Origin: a virus
Lineage: Duplodnaviria > Heunggongvirae > Uroviricota > Caudoviricetes
Virus record (IMG/VR): IMGVR_UViG_3300021431_002946
Location: 32,001-96,000 of that record
DNA length: 64,000 nucleotides
Reading direction: 5' to 3' (one strand)
Below are positions 38,928 through 49,601 of this stretch, piece after piece (within the stretch, counting starts at the first letter, position 1; the number at the start of each line of letters is the position of its first letter). The notes below the pieces were generated by a model. That model did not search any database and had not been told where the DNA came from. It saw only the letters and a program-made list of their open reading frames with translations. A program made the position numbers and the translations under genes.

Positions 38928-41381
38928 ATGACAAAAGACGAATTAATTAATTTAGCAAAAACATCAACAGATATAGAACAATTACTTACATTATCTTTTG
39001 GAGATATAGATATTAGACTTGCAATATTACAAAATCCACATTGTACTAATGATCTTTTATTAAGTATTATTGATAATATGACAGATGACGAAATAACAAA
39101 CAATATAGATTTTCTGACATCATTTAGATATACTACTATTCCAAAGAAAATTATAAATAATCCAAATTGTCCAACATCTTTATTATTACAAGATTTTATA
39201 TCTTATTCTGGAAGTACAGAGTATCATCCATTTTGGGAAAAATATGTATGGAATAAGAGTTCGGAAAGAAAAAATCTTAAGTTATCTGATAAAGATATAG
39301 ATAATTTTTTAAATAGTGGTAGACATTTAAATATTGCTAGCTTCATAGCAGAAATAGATAATAAATTAACTTTATCTCAAAGAATTAAGATAATTGATTT
39401 TATGTATTTAAATAGTAAGGATAATTATGAAAAGCTTGTAAAAGACTTATTTTATTATAACCATTCCTATGATCAAAAGGCTATAGCATTACACATTAAA
39501 GAACATTTAGGTCTTGATTATTATACGACTAAGTATTTAATAGAAAATAAATTAATATCTTCAGAAGATTTAGAAAAATATATAGATACTTTACCAGTAT
39601 ATCATAAAAAGTATGTAGATGCTATATATTTTTTAACAAAAATAAAAAATATTCCAGTAAAGATAGTTAAAAAGGTACTTTTAAGTGGTGAAAAATTAGA
39701 ACAAAGGACTATAGTTGATATTATAGAAAATGATGATCAATATATTGCAGATCTTTTAAGTGATAATAAAATTGTAAGTTTATTAGAAGAGAAAAATTTA
39801 TTTGAATTAATCTCAAAATATTATGATGCATTAGGCGTTGACATCATTAGTAATGTTATAAATAATATTAATGATGATAATACTATTGAAAAATATTTAG
39901 ATATGTTAAAAAGAAAGAAATGGGATAAATTTGCTAATATTGTATTAAATGTATTTAGTTATTCAGTAAATAACAATAAATATTGTTGCATTTATAATTA
40001 TGCACAAGAGTATTTTTATTTATGGCAATTTGATAAAGATACTTTAATAAAAATATTCAAATTATTTAGTAAAGATTTATATTTTCATACTTTAGAGAAG
40101 TATTATTTTAATTATGATATATTATCTATAATATTAAAAGATTCTGAACATGTAAATGTTTTAAATAAATTTAGTTGGTATGATAAAGATGCTCGTGCTA
40201 AATTTACTAATAAAGTATCTGCAGACGAAATAATAAAATTAATTCCTATATGTGTAGATAAAAAATTTGTAAGTAATCTTTTGCAAATGTTAAATGATAT
40301 AGGCTCAGATAAATTTGTAGATACATTTGTAGACTATATTACTTCTCATGAATTAAATGATTTTAAGATTAGTAATTTAGAAAATGATTATACATTAACT
40401 GATGAACAGATTAAAAAATTACAAAATTCTGCAGTATCAACTGAATTATGTAAGAAAGTAATATTAGGTGCTGCAAATAATACACAAGTACAAGTTAATT
40501 CTATTAAAAAATCTATAAAAGATACAGATTGGCGTGAATTAGTAGAAATATTAAAAAGTCCATCTTGTCCTACTGAAACAACAGAAGATGTATTAAATTA
40601 CTATAAATCTAATTGTAAACATGATAGAGATAAAATTAATACTAATGTGCTTGAAGCAATTTTTAATAATCCAATAAATTCTGATAAAATAGTAGAAACT
40701 GCATTTAAATTATATATTTATTATTATGGTTCATACAGCTGTGATAGATATAGTACAGTTATTTTAAATCATTCTAGATTTAATCAAGAAATGTATATAA
40801 ATTTAACTAAATATTTAATTAAAAATAAATTAGGTAGTTTCTTACTTCCTTTTATAAGACATAAATATTGTACAAAAGATTTATATGTTGCTGCAGTTTG
40901 CACAAATTCATTTAATCTTTATGATACTGGTTTTGATAGATTTGATTTTAAATTTACTGAAGAAGATTTAGAAGCTATGACTAAAGCAAATAAAGATGCT
41001 ATAGGTATTGCAATAAGATCAAAAAATTGTCCTAAATCAATTTTAATTAAAGCAATAAAAGAATATAAAAATATGGCAGCTGTAAATCATGTAAATATGG
41101 ATTCAAAAACTTTAGATAAAATTGTTAGTATTTGTGATCCAACTTATTATTCTACTTTAATATGTGATAAATTATCAGTAAAATCAATATTAACTATTAT
41201 AAAAAATGGTAAAGATTTTACTAATTATGAAATTTCTGAAATAGTAAATATATTAAAACAAAAAGATTTTGAACCAGATGAAGTACAAGAACTTTTAAAT
41301 ATGGACACTGATTTATCTAAAAAAATAATATTGGCTCTTCCAAATATAAATCAGTCATATTTATCTAATTTATTTGAATAA
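38928..41381 (+). CDS. large probably alpha-solenoid (HEAT/LRV-like) protein
   Basis: ATG after AAAGGAG; recurring NPxCP/SPSCP/SKNCP turns. Confidence 0.65.
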   Translation: MTKDELINLAKTSTDIEQLLTLSFGDIDIRLAILQNPHCTNDLLLSIIDNMTDDEITNNIDFLTSFRYTTIPKKIINNPNCPTSLLLQDFISYSGSTEYHPFWEKYVWNKSSERKNLKLSDKDIDNFLNSGRHLNIASFIAEIDNKLTLSQRIKIIDFMYLNSKDNYEKLVKDLFYYNHSYDQKAIALHIKEHLGLDYYTTKYLIENKLISSEDLEKYIDTLPVYHKKYVDAIYFLTKIKNIPVKIVKKVLLSGEKLEQRTIVDIIENDDQYIADLLSDNKIVSLLEEKNLFELISKYYDALGVDIISNVINNINDDNTIEKYLDMLKRKKWDKFANIVLNVFSYSVNNNKYCCIYNYAQEYFYLWQFDKDTLIKIFKLFSKDLYFHTLEKYYFNYDILSIILKDSEHVNVLNKFSWYDKDARAKFTNKVSADEIIKLIPICVDKKFVSNLLQMLNDIGSDKFVDTFVDYITSHELNDFKISNLENDYTLTDEQIKKLQNSAVSTELCKKVILGAANNTQVQVNSIKKSIKDTDWRELVEILKSPSCPTETTEDVLNYYKSNCKHDRDKINTNVLEAIFNNPINSDKIVETAFKLYIYYYGSYSCDRYSTVILNHSRFNQEMYINLTKYLIKNKLGSFLLPFIRHKYCTKDLYVAAVCTNSFNLYDTGFDRFDFKFTEEDLEAMTKANKDAIGIAIRSKNCPKSILIKAIKEYKNMAAVNHVNMDSKTLDKIVSICDPTYYSTLICDKLSVKSILTIIKNGKDFTNYEISEIVNILKQKDFEPDEVQELLNMDTDLSKKIILALPNINQSYLSNLFE

Positions 41382-41394
41382 GAGGTAACTAATT

Positions 41395-42861
41395 ATGATA
41401 AATATACATGAATTTGTTGATAGAAAAGCACAAGATCATATTTTTAGTAATTATATATATGATAATTTAAACTTTAAACATAAATGTTATTTAAAAGATA
41501 TAGAAGTAATTATTGAATATTACACAGTATCTAAATCTAATTATACATTTTATTTTGAAATAAAAAATTATCCTAATTTAGGATGCTTTCGTTTTTATAT
41601 AGATGAAAATAATAATGTTAAGACAGATAGTTATGATGAAAATGTAATTAATCTTTTAGATAATAAAGAAGTATGTAATATTTTATTAAAAATATATCAT
41701 GAAGAATTTTTACCAGAATTAGAAAGATGTATAAAAGAATTTGATAGTATTAAAAAATATGAAATTATTACAAATGAAAATGGAACATTTTTAAAATATA
41801 GTAAAAAATATAAAATTCTTGAAGATGCACAACCTGTTAAAATTGAACCAGGTTTTACATTAAATTTAAATGATGATAGTTATGTAAAAGCAGCATCTCC
41901 ATATATTTCTAAAAATATAAAAGTTATTAATTCTAAAATTAATAAAATAGTTGGAGTTCCTACTAGTGAAGTTATTATTGAAAATAGTACTATTGATGTA
42001 CTTAATTTAAAAGAAACAGAGTCTGCAACTATAACAAATTGTAAAACAGGATCTATTACAATAAAAGGACAAAATATTAATATTTCAAATTTAAATAATA
42101 ATAGTAGATTTAGTTATCTATTTTTTAAAAGTGTAGATTTCAGTACACAAACAGATTTAGAACCTATTGCCAAAGATATATATAATGCAGCTACAGGAAT
42201 ATATTTACAATATGGAGATACAAATTATTATGTAGATGAAACTAATATTTTTAAATATATTGATAAAGGTATAGATGTTGAACCAAGAATTAATGTTAAA
42301 AATATTAAAGAAATTAATAAATTATTAGATTATTATTTTGTAGCGAAAACATTTAAGCATAATAATGTTATGAACAAAATTATTGAATCTATTAGAGAAC
42401 GTTTAGGAGAAGAAACTAGTCCAACTAAAATTCAAGCGTTTTTAGATAAAATTTTATATCCAAAATGTATAGATAAGTTATCAGAATTATTTGATAAATA
42501 TATTAAAGTTCAAATTAAGAAATTAGAAGAAATATTGATTAAAGATCTTAAATCTTCTTATTCTGTTCAACAATTAGATAGTTTTCCATCTTCAAGTTCT
42601 ATATTAGATAAAATTTATTCAACATTTAATGTAAAAACTGATAATGAAAAACATAAATTCTTACTTGATAATTTCTTTGATGAAAATAAAGATCTTAAAG
42701 AAAGTATTGAGTATGATAGCTCAAGATCATATACTGATTATTGGGTAAGTTATCAAGGCGCTTCTATGGAAACAGAAAAGACAGATTTTTATTTTAATGT
42801 ACTTAATACATCTATTACAGTTACAGCATCAGGTCGTACACAAGGTTGGTGGAATGATTAA
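41395..42861 (+). CDS. hypothetical protein
   Basis: GAGG SD; 488-aa ORF. Confidence 0.7.
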   Translation: MINIHEFVDRKAQDHIFSNYIYDNLNFKHKCYLKDIEVIIEYYTVSKSNYTFYFEIKNYPNLGCFRFYIDENNNVKTDSYDENVINLLDNKEVCNILLKIYHEEFLPELERCIKEFDSIKKYEIITNENGTFLKYSKKYKILEDAQPVKIEPGFTLNLNDDSYVKAASPYISKNIKVINSKINKIVGVPTSEVIIENSTIDVLNLKETESATITNCKTGSITIKGQNINISNLNNNSRFSYLFFKSVDFSTQTDLEPIAKDIYNAATGIYLQYGDTNYYVDETNIFKYIDKGIDVEPRINVKNIKEINKLLDYYFVAKTFKHNNVMNKIIESIRERLGEETSPTKIQAFLDKILYPKCIDKLSELFDKYIKVQIKKLEEILIKDLKSSYSVQQLDSFPSSSSILDKIYSTFNVKTDNEKHKFLLDNFFDENKDLKESIEYDSSRSYTDYWVSYQGASMETEKTDFYFNVLNTSITVTASGRTQGWWND

Positions 42862-42866
42862 AAAAT

Positions 42867-42898
42867 AAAAGGTATATCTTTATGATATACCTTTTTTT
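42867..42898. terminator. bidirectional terminator
   Basis: AAAAGGTATATC..GATATACCTTTT between convergent genes. Confidence 0.75.
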
Positions 42899-43220
42899 AA
42901 TAATATTTTATAGGTTTTCTATTAAATGAAAAAACAATAAGTGCTAACTGTTTATAATTTTTATATTCTGAGACTGGGACTTTTTCTCCAGTTTCTAAAT
43001 CTCTAAGTCCTAATATTAGTTCACCAGAATCCAGTTTAAATGGAGCAGTTTCTATTAAAACATATGCATAAACAGAATTATCTTGAGAATTTATAAGATG
43101 CTCAAGATTTTTAGCGCAGTTTGTAGTATGCCGCATATCTTCATAATAATTTTTTAAACCTGGATGTTGACGAATCATTCTATTATAAAATTCATCTATA
43201 GTCTCAGTCTTAGTTTTCAT
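42897..43220 (-). CDS. hypothetical protein
   Basis: GGAG SD; upstream TTTACA-17-TAAAAT at 43347-43319. Confidence 0.65.
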   Translation of the reverse strand: MKTKTETIDEFYNRMIRQHPGLKNYYEDMRHTTNCAKNLEHLINSQDNSVYAYVLIETAPFKLDSGELILGLRDLETGEKVPVSEYKNYKQLALIVFSFNRKPIKYY

Positions 43221-43435
43221 ATTTTATATATTATCTCCATAAAAGAGCTACAAGAATCAGTGTAACAGCAATAGCTTCTATCATATTAAAATCTCCTGTT
43301 GTTTTTATGTATATTCTTATTTTATCATACAAATTATTATTTGTAAATAAGAATTTTATATTTTTAATAAAGACTATTTAATTATATATAAAAATAAGAG
43401 CTTTAAAAAGCTTAATATATAATAGGAGGAAGTTT

Positions 43436-44419
43436 ATGTATTGTTCAAATTGCGGAACACAAAATATAGATGGAGTAAGATTTTGCGCAGGATGTGGTAA
43501 AGATTTAATGCCGCCTATACAGAATAATACTCCAAGAAAAGCAAATATACTTTGTATAATTGGATTTATCCTTTCGATGTCAGTATTACCGATGCTTTCA
43601 TTTTATTCATTTTCTAATTCAAGTAGTACATCATTTTGGTTATTTTTAACTGCAAGCATAGGTTTAACATTATCTATTATTGGATTTATTCAAGCAAAGA
43701 AGAGAAATCAGAAATGTAGAGGTTTAGGATTAGCTGGTATTATTATTGGTGGTCTTTTTTCTGTAATTTTTATGTATTCAATGTATACAGATTCTCAAGT
43801 TGAAAGAGCTGCTAGAGAAGAAGCAAAGTATACTTATGAAGAAACTGATTATGAAGGATATACTACACGAGAAACAACAGAAGAAACTACTAGTGCAACA
43901 ACTAGAGAGACAACAACTGAAACTACTACAGAACCTACAACTACTACAACAGAAGAAAATATAATACCTTCATTTTCTGAATCAAAGAAAGGTTATACAA
44001 TTACTTCAGTTGGTAATGCAAAGACAGGTACTGTTACATTAGATAAAGGCAATTGGGTAAATTTTATTGAAGCTGGTGGATTTGGTAAAGAAACTGTTGA
44101 GCACGCACAAGCTAAAGATTTAACTGGTGGCTCAATTATTGGATTATTTGTTCTTGACGTACCTTATTCATTAGAAGATCTTACAAAATCTCAAATGGCG
44201 GTAATGGAGCAGAATGGTGGTATTAAAGTAACTGGTGCAAAAGTAAAACTTGGTGGTTATAATGCATATCAGTGTTATTGTCTTTTCCCTGATGGTCAGT
44301 ATTTAGTATGCTGGTATTTCAAAGGTAATGATGGAATGATTAGAAAAGTTACTGTTGAATTTACTGAAGAAAATTATTACGCTTTTGAATTAGTACAAAA
44401 TAATTATAAACTTGATTAA
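43436..44419 (+). CDS. zinc-ribbon + DUF4190-like membrane protein with Thr-rich linker
   Basis: CSNCG..FCAGCG; 3 TM; GLALAGIIIG; RETTEETT linker. Confidence 0.75.
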   Translation: MYCSNCGTQNIDGVRFCAGCGKDLMPPIQNNTPRKANILCIIGFILSMSVLPMLSFYSFSNSSSTSFWLFLTASIGLTLSIIGFIQAKKRNQKCRGLGLAGIIIGGLFSVIFMYSMYTDSQVERAAREEAKYTYEETDYEGYTTRETTEETTSATTRETTTETTTEPTTTTTEENIIPSFSESKKGYTITSVGNAKTGTVTLDKGNWVNFIEAGGFGKETVEHAQAKDLTGGSIIGLFVLDVPYSLEDLTKSQMAVMEQNGGIKVTGAKVKLGGYNAYQCYCLFPDGQYLVCWYFKGNDGMIRKVTVEFTEENYYAFELVQNNYKLD

Positions 44420-44592
44420 AAGAAAGTTGATACTTATGGAATTTTTAATACCTGAAGAATTAAAAGATTATGTTGCAATAAAAAATGATAGAATTATCGT
44501 AAAAGCAATTATACCTCAAGAATTATTAAAACCTTTTTACAAATTTACAAAAGATTATGTAGATGCCTATAAAAAATTTAAGCAGGTAAATA

Positions 44593-45267
44593 ATGAGTAA
44601 AAAATTTATTACAAATTATAAAGGTTTTGATATTTTTGCAGAAGATAATAGTGAAGCTGCGTATTGTTGTATAACTGAAAAACAATTTGAAGATGGCTCT
44701 ATTATTAAATTAGAGTCATATCCAAAGATCAATAAATATTCATATTTAGATGAAGCAGTTCAAAAAATTAAGAATGATATTGATTATATTATAGACAGAT
44801 TAACTAAAAATATAGATAGATTTGGTACAACTTATACATATTTAGGTAATATTCCTTTGTATGAAGAACATATACAACTTATGTGTAAAACATTACCAAT
44901 ATTAAATAATTGTCATTTATCTATGATAAAACAAACTAGATGGTCTGAAGATTATGATTTTGAAGATGGATTAACTAAACAATCTTCAACCAATAAAAAA
45001 GATACATATGTTCAATCTTATAAATTAGCATTTATGTATAAGAAATTTGAAATTTGGTTAGAAGTAGCACGAACTTTACAAAATGGAATATATCCAAAAG
45101 ATCCAATTGATTATGTAGAAGAAAATAATATTTATTTTACAATTCGAATTATGTCTAGTCCGTATGAAGATGTTAATAAATTTGAAGAAATAGCAGATGA
45201 AGTTGCAAAAATATTCAGATGTTATTCCATTAAAGAATGGGCAAAAAGTACATTAAAAGGAGAGTAG
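44593..45267 (+). CDS. hypothetical protein
   Basis: ORF in operon context. Confidence 0.65.
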   Translation: MSKKFITNYKGFDIFAEDNSEAAYCCITEKQFEDGSIIKLESYPKINKYSYLDEAVQKIKNDIDYIIDRLTKNIDRFGTTYTYLGNIPLYEEHIQLMCKTLPILNNCHLSMIKQTRWSEDYDFEDGLTKQSSTNKKDTYVQSYKLAFMYKKFEIWLEVARTLQNGIYPKDPIDYVEENNIYFTIRIMSSPYEDVNKFEEIADEVAKIFRCYSIKEWAKSTLKGE

Positions 45268-45271
45268 TTAT

Positions 45272-45574
45272 ATGAATAATATAGATGCATATATATTTAA
45301 TTATTTAAAATATACTATAAAATATTCAGATAAGCTAATTGAAAAACAAATGAAAGATTTTGAAAGAAATTTAGATATAAAAGCAGAATTCGCAACTACT
45401 CTTAAATTTGGTTATCCTAAGCAAGATCCAATAACAATAGAAGGTTATACTGCAGAACAATTAGAAGCAATAGGTAAATTATCAATTCTTAGTGCTTATA
45501 ATTATTTGATTTATTTAAGAGAAGAACCAAAAGAAGCATTACGAATAATTAAAAAAGGATTACCTAGAAAATAA
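45272..45574 (+). CDS. hypothetical protein
   Basis: AAAGGAG SD. Confidence 0.7.
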   Translation: MNNIDAYIFNYLKYTIKYSDKLIEKQMKDFERNLDIKAEFATTLKFGYPKQDPITIEGYTAEQLEAIGKLSILSAYNYLIYLREEPKEALRIIKKGLPRK

Positions 45575-45580
45575 AATAAG

Positions 45581-45611
45581 TACCTAGTCTTAATTGACTA
45601 GGTATTTTTTT
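45581..45611 (+). terminator. intrinsic terminator
   Basis: TACCTAGTC..GACTAGGTA + T tract. Confidence 0.7.
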
Positions 45612-45621
45612 ATAAAAATTA

Positions 45622-45650
45622 TTTACAGCAATTATCTTAAATGATATAAT
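45622..45650 (+). promoter_or_regulatory. sigmaA-type promoter with extended -10
   Basis: TTTACA-17 nt-TATAAT with TG. Confidence 0.7.
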
Positions 45651-45679
45651 AAATTTATAAAATTTAAGGAGAAAATACT

Positions 45680-46012
45680 GTGAAAAATGCAATCATTAAG
45701 AAAATAAGTGTAGTAATTATTTTAGTTATAATTATTTTTATTCTTTGTGGTTGCGCAAAAGCTATTACTTCTGGTGAAGTAGTAGAGAAAACACATAGAG
45801 ATGCATATTCTACAGTAAGAATAATGGAAATTGATGTAGGCGATGGGCCTTCAACATATATTCCTATTACAGAAAACTATCCTGAATCTTGGTATATTAA
45901 GATTGGCGGATATAATGAAAAAGAAGAATATGTTTATGCAACGTATAGTGTATCAAAAGAAGTATATGATTCTATTAAGATAGGAGATCAGTTTACATAT
46001 ACAAAAGATTAA
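45680..46012 (+). CDS. putative lipoprotein
   Basis: Signal peptide ending LCGC. Confidence 0.65.
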   Translation: MKNAIIKKISVVIILVIIIFILCGCAKAITSGEVVEKTHRDAYSTVRIMEIDVGDGPSTYIPITENYPESWYIKIGGYNEKEEYVYATYSVSKEVYDSIKIGDQFTYTKD

Positions 46013-46081
46013 AAGACTATTTAATATATAATAGAGAGAACGTGTAAAATACCTTAGCAATTTTTGCTATGGTATTTTTTT
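46011..46081 (+). promoter_or_regulatory. promoter + stem-loop cassette
   Basis: AAAAGACTATTTAATATATAATAG..GAACGTGTAA-AATACCTTAGCAA/TTGCTATGGTATT. Confidence 0.75.
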
Positions 46082-46107
46082 ATAACAAAATTAAAAAGGA
46101 GAACAAT

Positions 46108-46635
46108 ATGGATTATTTTGAGCATTTATGTGATAAGATAATTAGTGGTGATATAGTTGATAAGGAATTTGAATTAGATAATAAGTTAATTCAAATAAAA
46201 ACAAGTTATCAATCAAAAGAATTAAAAAATCAATTTGCAGAAATATTAAAAATTTATAAAAATGGTGATAATAAAAATAAAGAAATATCCACTAATATAT
46301 CTATGGAATATAATATGTATTTCAATAAAGAAAAAATGGATGATGATAAATATGTACTCGCAGTAATATCAATAATTTTCTATTATAATAAAAATAAACT
46401 TATATATTTACCAGTACTTCATTCTTTTTATTATTGTAATCATAAATCAATATATCAAAAAGATCCTAACGTTAATAAGTATGTAAATAATTTTAGTTTA
46501 AGCTTTCAAGATAATTTTGAAAATTTAAGATCATGTATTAAATCACTTATATATCATTTTAGTAATTTTGATAAAAATGCATATCCATATTTAGATAAAT
46601 TTATTGAAGAAACTTCAAATTATTTTGAAGTCTAA
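46108..46635 (+). CDS. hypothetical protein
   Basis: ATG after AAAGGAG. Confidence 0.65.
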   Translation: MDYFEHLCDKIISGDIVDKEFELDNKLIQIKTSYQSKELKNQFAEILKIYKNGDNKNKEISTNISMEYNMYFNKEKMDDDKYVLAVISIIFYYNKNKLIYLPVLHSFYYCNHKSIYQKDPNVNKYVNNFSLSFQDNFENLRSCIKSLIYHFSNFDKNAYPYLDKFIEETSNYFEV

Positions 46636-46745
46636 GGAGAATAATTATGAAATACTAATAAAAAATGACGATAAGCTTAAGTTTAATTCAAAGAATGAAG
46701 TAAGAGTTTTTGCTAAAAGATATATAGACGATTAAGGAGATAAAT

Positions 46746-47180
46746 ATGACACTTCAAGAAATAAAAGATTTAAATAACATAAAATATCTAAATGATCCAA
46801 AAGTAGATCCAGTTTCATATATTGAAGAACATAAAGTAAATGATTATTTTATTATTGTAACTGGACCTGCTGGTTGTGGTAAATTTGCAAAATACTATAC
46901 AAAATCAGAAGTAGTTTATAAGTGCGAAAATATTTTACAATTATCTGATTTAATTACAGATTTTGAGTTTAAAGATAAACAACCTACATTTTTACCTTCA
47001 GAATTTGAAAAATGCATAACTACTGGTGGAACTGTAATATTATATGATCTTAATTTATTAAGTGACAACATATTAACATTTTTGCTTGAAATTACTGAAA
47101 CTAACAAAATAGCTACATTACATCCAGATTTTAAGATTATTGGTATTATGACTCCAGGTTATAGATTAAGTAAGTGGTGA
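46746..47180 (+). CDS. truncated/degenerate AAA-like ATPase domain
   Basis: GPAGCGK, GGTVILYDLN, HPDFKIIGIM. Confidence 0.6.
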   Translation: MTLQEIKDLNNIKYLNDPKVDPVSYIEEHKVNDYFIIVTGPAGCGKFAKYYTKSEVVYKCENILQLSDLITDFEFKDKQPTFLPSEFEKCITTGGTVILYDLNLLSDNILTFLLEITETNKIATLHPDFKIIGIMTPGYRLSKW

Positions 47181-47185
47181 TAATT

Positions 47186-47548
47186 ATGACAGAACAAGAA
47201 TATAGAGAAGAATACGATAGAATTCAAAAAGAATATCCAATTATTGAAAAATATATTCCAGTTGCAGATAACTGGAAACCAAATTATCCAGATGATGAAA
47301 TTAGAGCAACAATTATGATTGTATTAAATACTGAATGTGTACATTCTGAAAAACCAAGATTTCATAAATATCATATATTCTTTGATTTTTATAATGCAGA
47401 ATTTAAAAAATTATTTAAAACATATTCTAGTGATGATTTTAGTAAAATTGTACAAAAATACGAAGAATGGCAAGACTATTTAAATAAAATTCCATTTAAT
47501 ATAGAGTTAAAAAAATATCTGTTAAAGGATAATTTTGAATGGGAGTAA
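47186..47548 (+). CDS. hypothetical protein
   Basis: GGTGA SD. Confidence 0.6.
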   Translation: MTEQEYREEYDRIQKEYPIIEKYIPVADNWKPNYPDDEIRATIMIVLNTECVHSEKPRFHKYHIFFDFYNAEFKKLFKTYSSDDFSKIVQKYEEWQDYLNKIPFNIELKKYLLKDNFEWE

Positions 47549-47552
47549 AAGT

Positions 47553-48098
47553 ATGAAATTAGAAGAATTTAAAAAAATTAAAGTTGCTTTTAATAAAATA
47601 ATTGATGTAATTAATCATACTAAAATTAATGGTCGATACATTTATATTACAAAGTTTGAGAATAAACATAGAATACTTAAAAATGAACTTGATATACCTA
47701 AAATAAAAACATATGAAGAAACTATTTCATATCATAAAGAACAAGTATTGTATGAATATTATTTTAATTACGAAAGTAGTAGAGAAGAAGAAGTCAAGTT
47801 AAAATTAAATCTTAATATAGATTTTCAACATGATGAATATAAATGCAAAATGTTTGTAAATTATTTAGATAAAGGATATTCTCCATCTATCAAAATAGCT
47901 CCAGTTAATACAACATTATTAGATATTAATATTGATACAAATGATTTTAGTGATTTTATTATAAGATTTGATGATGCTTATTATGATTTAGCGCATATAA
48001 CTATTAATTCAGTTAAAGTATTTAGTAATGATGAAGATGCTATGGCTATTTACGAATCAAAATATGAAATATTAGATAAATTAAATGAGGAGCAATAA
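47553..48098 (+). CDS. hypothetical protein
   Basis: GGGAG SD. Confidence 0.65.
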   Translation: MKLEEFKKIKVAFNKIIDVINHTKINGRYIYITKFENKHRILKNELDIPKIKTYEETISYHKEQVLYEYYFNYESSREEEVKLKLNLNIDFQHDEYKCKMFVNYLDKGYSPSIKIAPVNTTLLDINIDTNDFSDFIIRFDDAYYDLAHITINSVKVFSNDEDAMAIYESKYEILDKLNEEQ

Positions 48099-48099
48099 A

Positions 48100-48546
48100 A
48101 TGAGTAAAATAAAAAAAATTAGTAATCCTGAATATGTAAAATATTTACAAAATTTACTTCAAAATCTTGAGTCAGATTATAAAATGCATTTTTTCTCAAA
48201 TAAAGACTCAGAGGATGAAATACCTTATATTGAAGAAGATAGCAGTACATTTGGTAGTCATGAACAAGGCGCAGTTGAATTTTCTTCAGAATATGGAACT
48301 CCAACTTATAAAATGGTATATTGGGTAGAACCTTATTTTGATAATGCAGTTATATTACATGTATATATTAATTGTAATTTTGCAGATACACAATTACATT
48401 TTGAAGAAATTTATACGCCTAGTATTAAAAGATTTAAAACTTTTATGCAAACATCTTTAGTATGTATTGAAAAAGCTGTTTCATTTAGTAAAGAAGAACA
48501 AGATAAAGCACGTAGATTTATTAAATTATTAGACGAGGTAGAATAA
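48100..48546 (+). CDS. hypothetical protein (tandem paralog of 48549)
   Basis: ISNPE..TFGxHEQG..YWVxP..CxFxDT. Confidence 0.7.
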   Translation: MSKIKKISNPEYVKYLQNLLQNLESDYKMHFFSNKDSEDEIPYIEEDSSTFGSHEQGAVEFSSEYGTPTYKMVYWVEPYFDNAVILHVYINCNFADTQLHFEEIYTPSIKRFKTFMQTSLVCIEKAVSFSKEEQDKARRFIKLLDEVE

Positions 48547-48548
48547 AA

Positions 48549-49013
48549 ATGGGAAGAATTAGTAATCCAGAATTTGCAACATATTTACAAGATTTTCTTC
48601 AAAATGTTCAAAAAATTAGTCCTAATTATCATTTATATTTTAGATCTAATAAAGGTAGCGAAGATATTGGAATTCCATATGTAAAAGAAGATGAAACTAC
48701 TTTTGGTACACATGAACAAGGTTGTGTTGAAATTGAATATCGGAATGATTATACTTTTTATGATGTATCAAAGTATCGATTTTTTTATTGGGTTATGCCT
48801 GAAAGTTCTACACATTGGAGTAATCAACTTATTATAGCTATAGAAGCTGAATGTCATTTTGGTGATACAAATTTAGATTTTACTGAAGAATTTATACCAA
48901 ATATACAAGAATTTAAAACTCGTATGGAAACAATTCTTACTACGATTGAACATGTATTAAGACGTTTTGGAGAAGATACAGACTGTATAGTTAGATTTAT
49001 AAAATTATTATAA
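48549..49013 (+). CDS. hypothetical protein (tandem paralog of 48100)
   Basis: ISNPE..TFGxHEQG..YWVxP..CxFxDT shared with 48100. Confidence 0.7.
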   Translation: MGRISNPEFATYLQDFLQNVQKISPNYHLYFRSNKGSEDIGIPYVKEDETTFGTHEQGCVEIEYRNDYTFYDVSKYRFFYWVMPESSTHWSNQLIIAIEAECHFGDTNLDFTEEFIPNIQEFKTRMETILTTIEHVLRRFGEDTDCIVRFIKLL

Positions 49014-49020
49014 AAGATAA

Positions 49021-49254
49021 ATGAAAATGGCAAAACAGAAGAAAGTTACATTATTAGGACAAGATTTTGAAACTGTTGGCGAATTAATGGAAGCATTATC
49101 AAAACTTCCGCCTGAAACGCCACTTAATCCTTTTGGTTCTTCAAATGCACTTTTATTTTATATTAAAAAAGATAAAAAAGCATATTTAGATGAAGATTAT
49201 GATTGGATTGAAGATGAAGAGATTTATAATGAACTTGAAGATCAAATTGAGTAA
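49021..49254 (+). CDS. hypothetical protein
   Basis: TVGELMEALSKLP motif. Confidence 0.65.
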   Translation: MKMAKQKKVTLLGQDFETVGELMEALSKLPPETPLNPFGSSNALLFYIKKDKKAYLDEDYDWIEDEEIYNELEDQIE

Positions 49255-49302
49255 TTGTAATTAAAATAATACCTAATTCTGAAAAGGATTAGGTATTTTT
49301 AT

Positions 49303-49331
49303 TTTACAATATAAAACATATAAAATATAAT
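49303..49331 (+). promoter_or_regulatory. sigmaA-type promoter
   Basis: TTTACA-17 nt-TATAAT right after terminator hairpin 49268-49300. Confidence 0.6.
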
Positions 49332-49362
49332 AATTATTAAAATAAAAAAGAAGGTATGAAAT

Positions 49363-49599
49363 ATGACTACATTTAATAAAGACGATTTTTATCCAAATGG
49401 TAAGAGTGATCCTCAGATTGATTATAATAAACTTTTGTATATTTTGTTGAGTAGAGGTATTTTATCACCAAGAGATTTTGATTTTATGCTTGGAAAAGAA
49501 TCATTTGAATCTTGGAAAGAATATAATGATGAATATAAACGTTCAATTATTTATAAAATGCTTCAAAAAGGTGAATATACTAAAACGAAAGAAGAATAA
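49363..49599 (+). CDS. hypothetical protein
   Basis: GAAGG SD. Confidence 0.6.
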   Translation: MTTFNKDDFYPNGKSDPQIDYNKLLYILLSRGILSPRDFDFMLGKESFESWKEYNDEYKRSIIYKMLQKGEYTKTKEE

Positions 49600-49601
49600 A
49601 T

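Noticed and set aside
43229-43250. ATTATCTCCAT resembling the CRISPR repeat 5' half
   Set aside because: Explained as the reverse-complement SD (GGAG) of gene 42897-43220; 3' half of the repeat is absent
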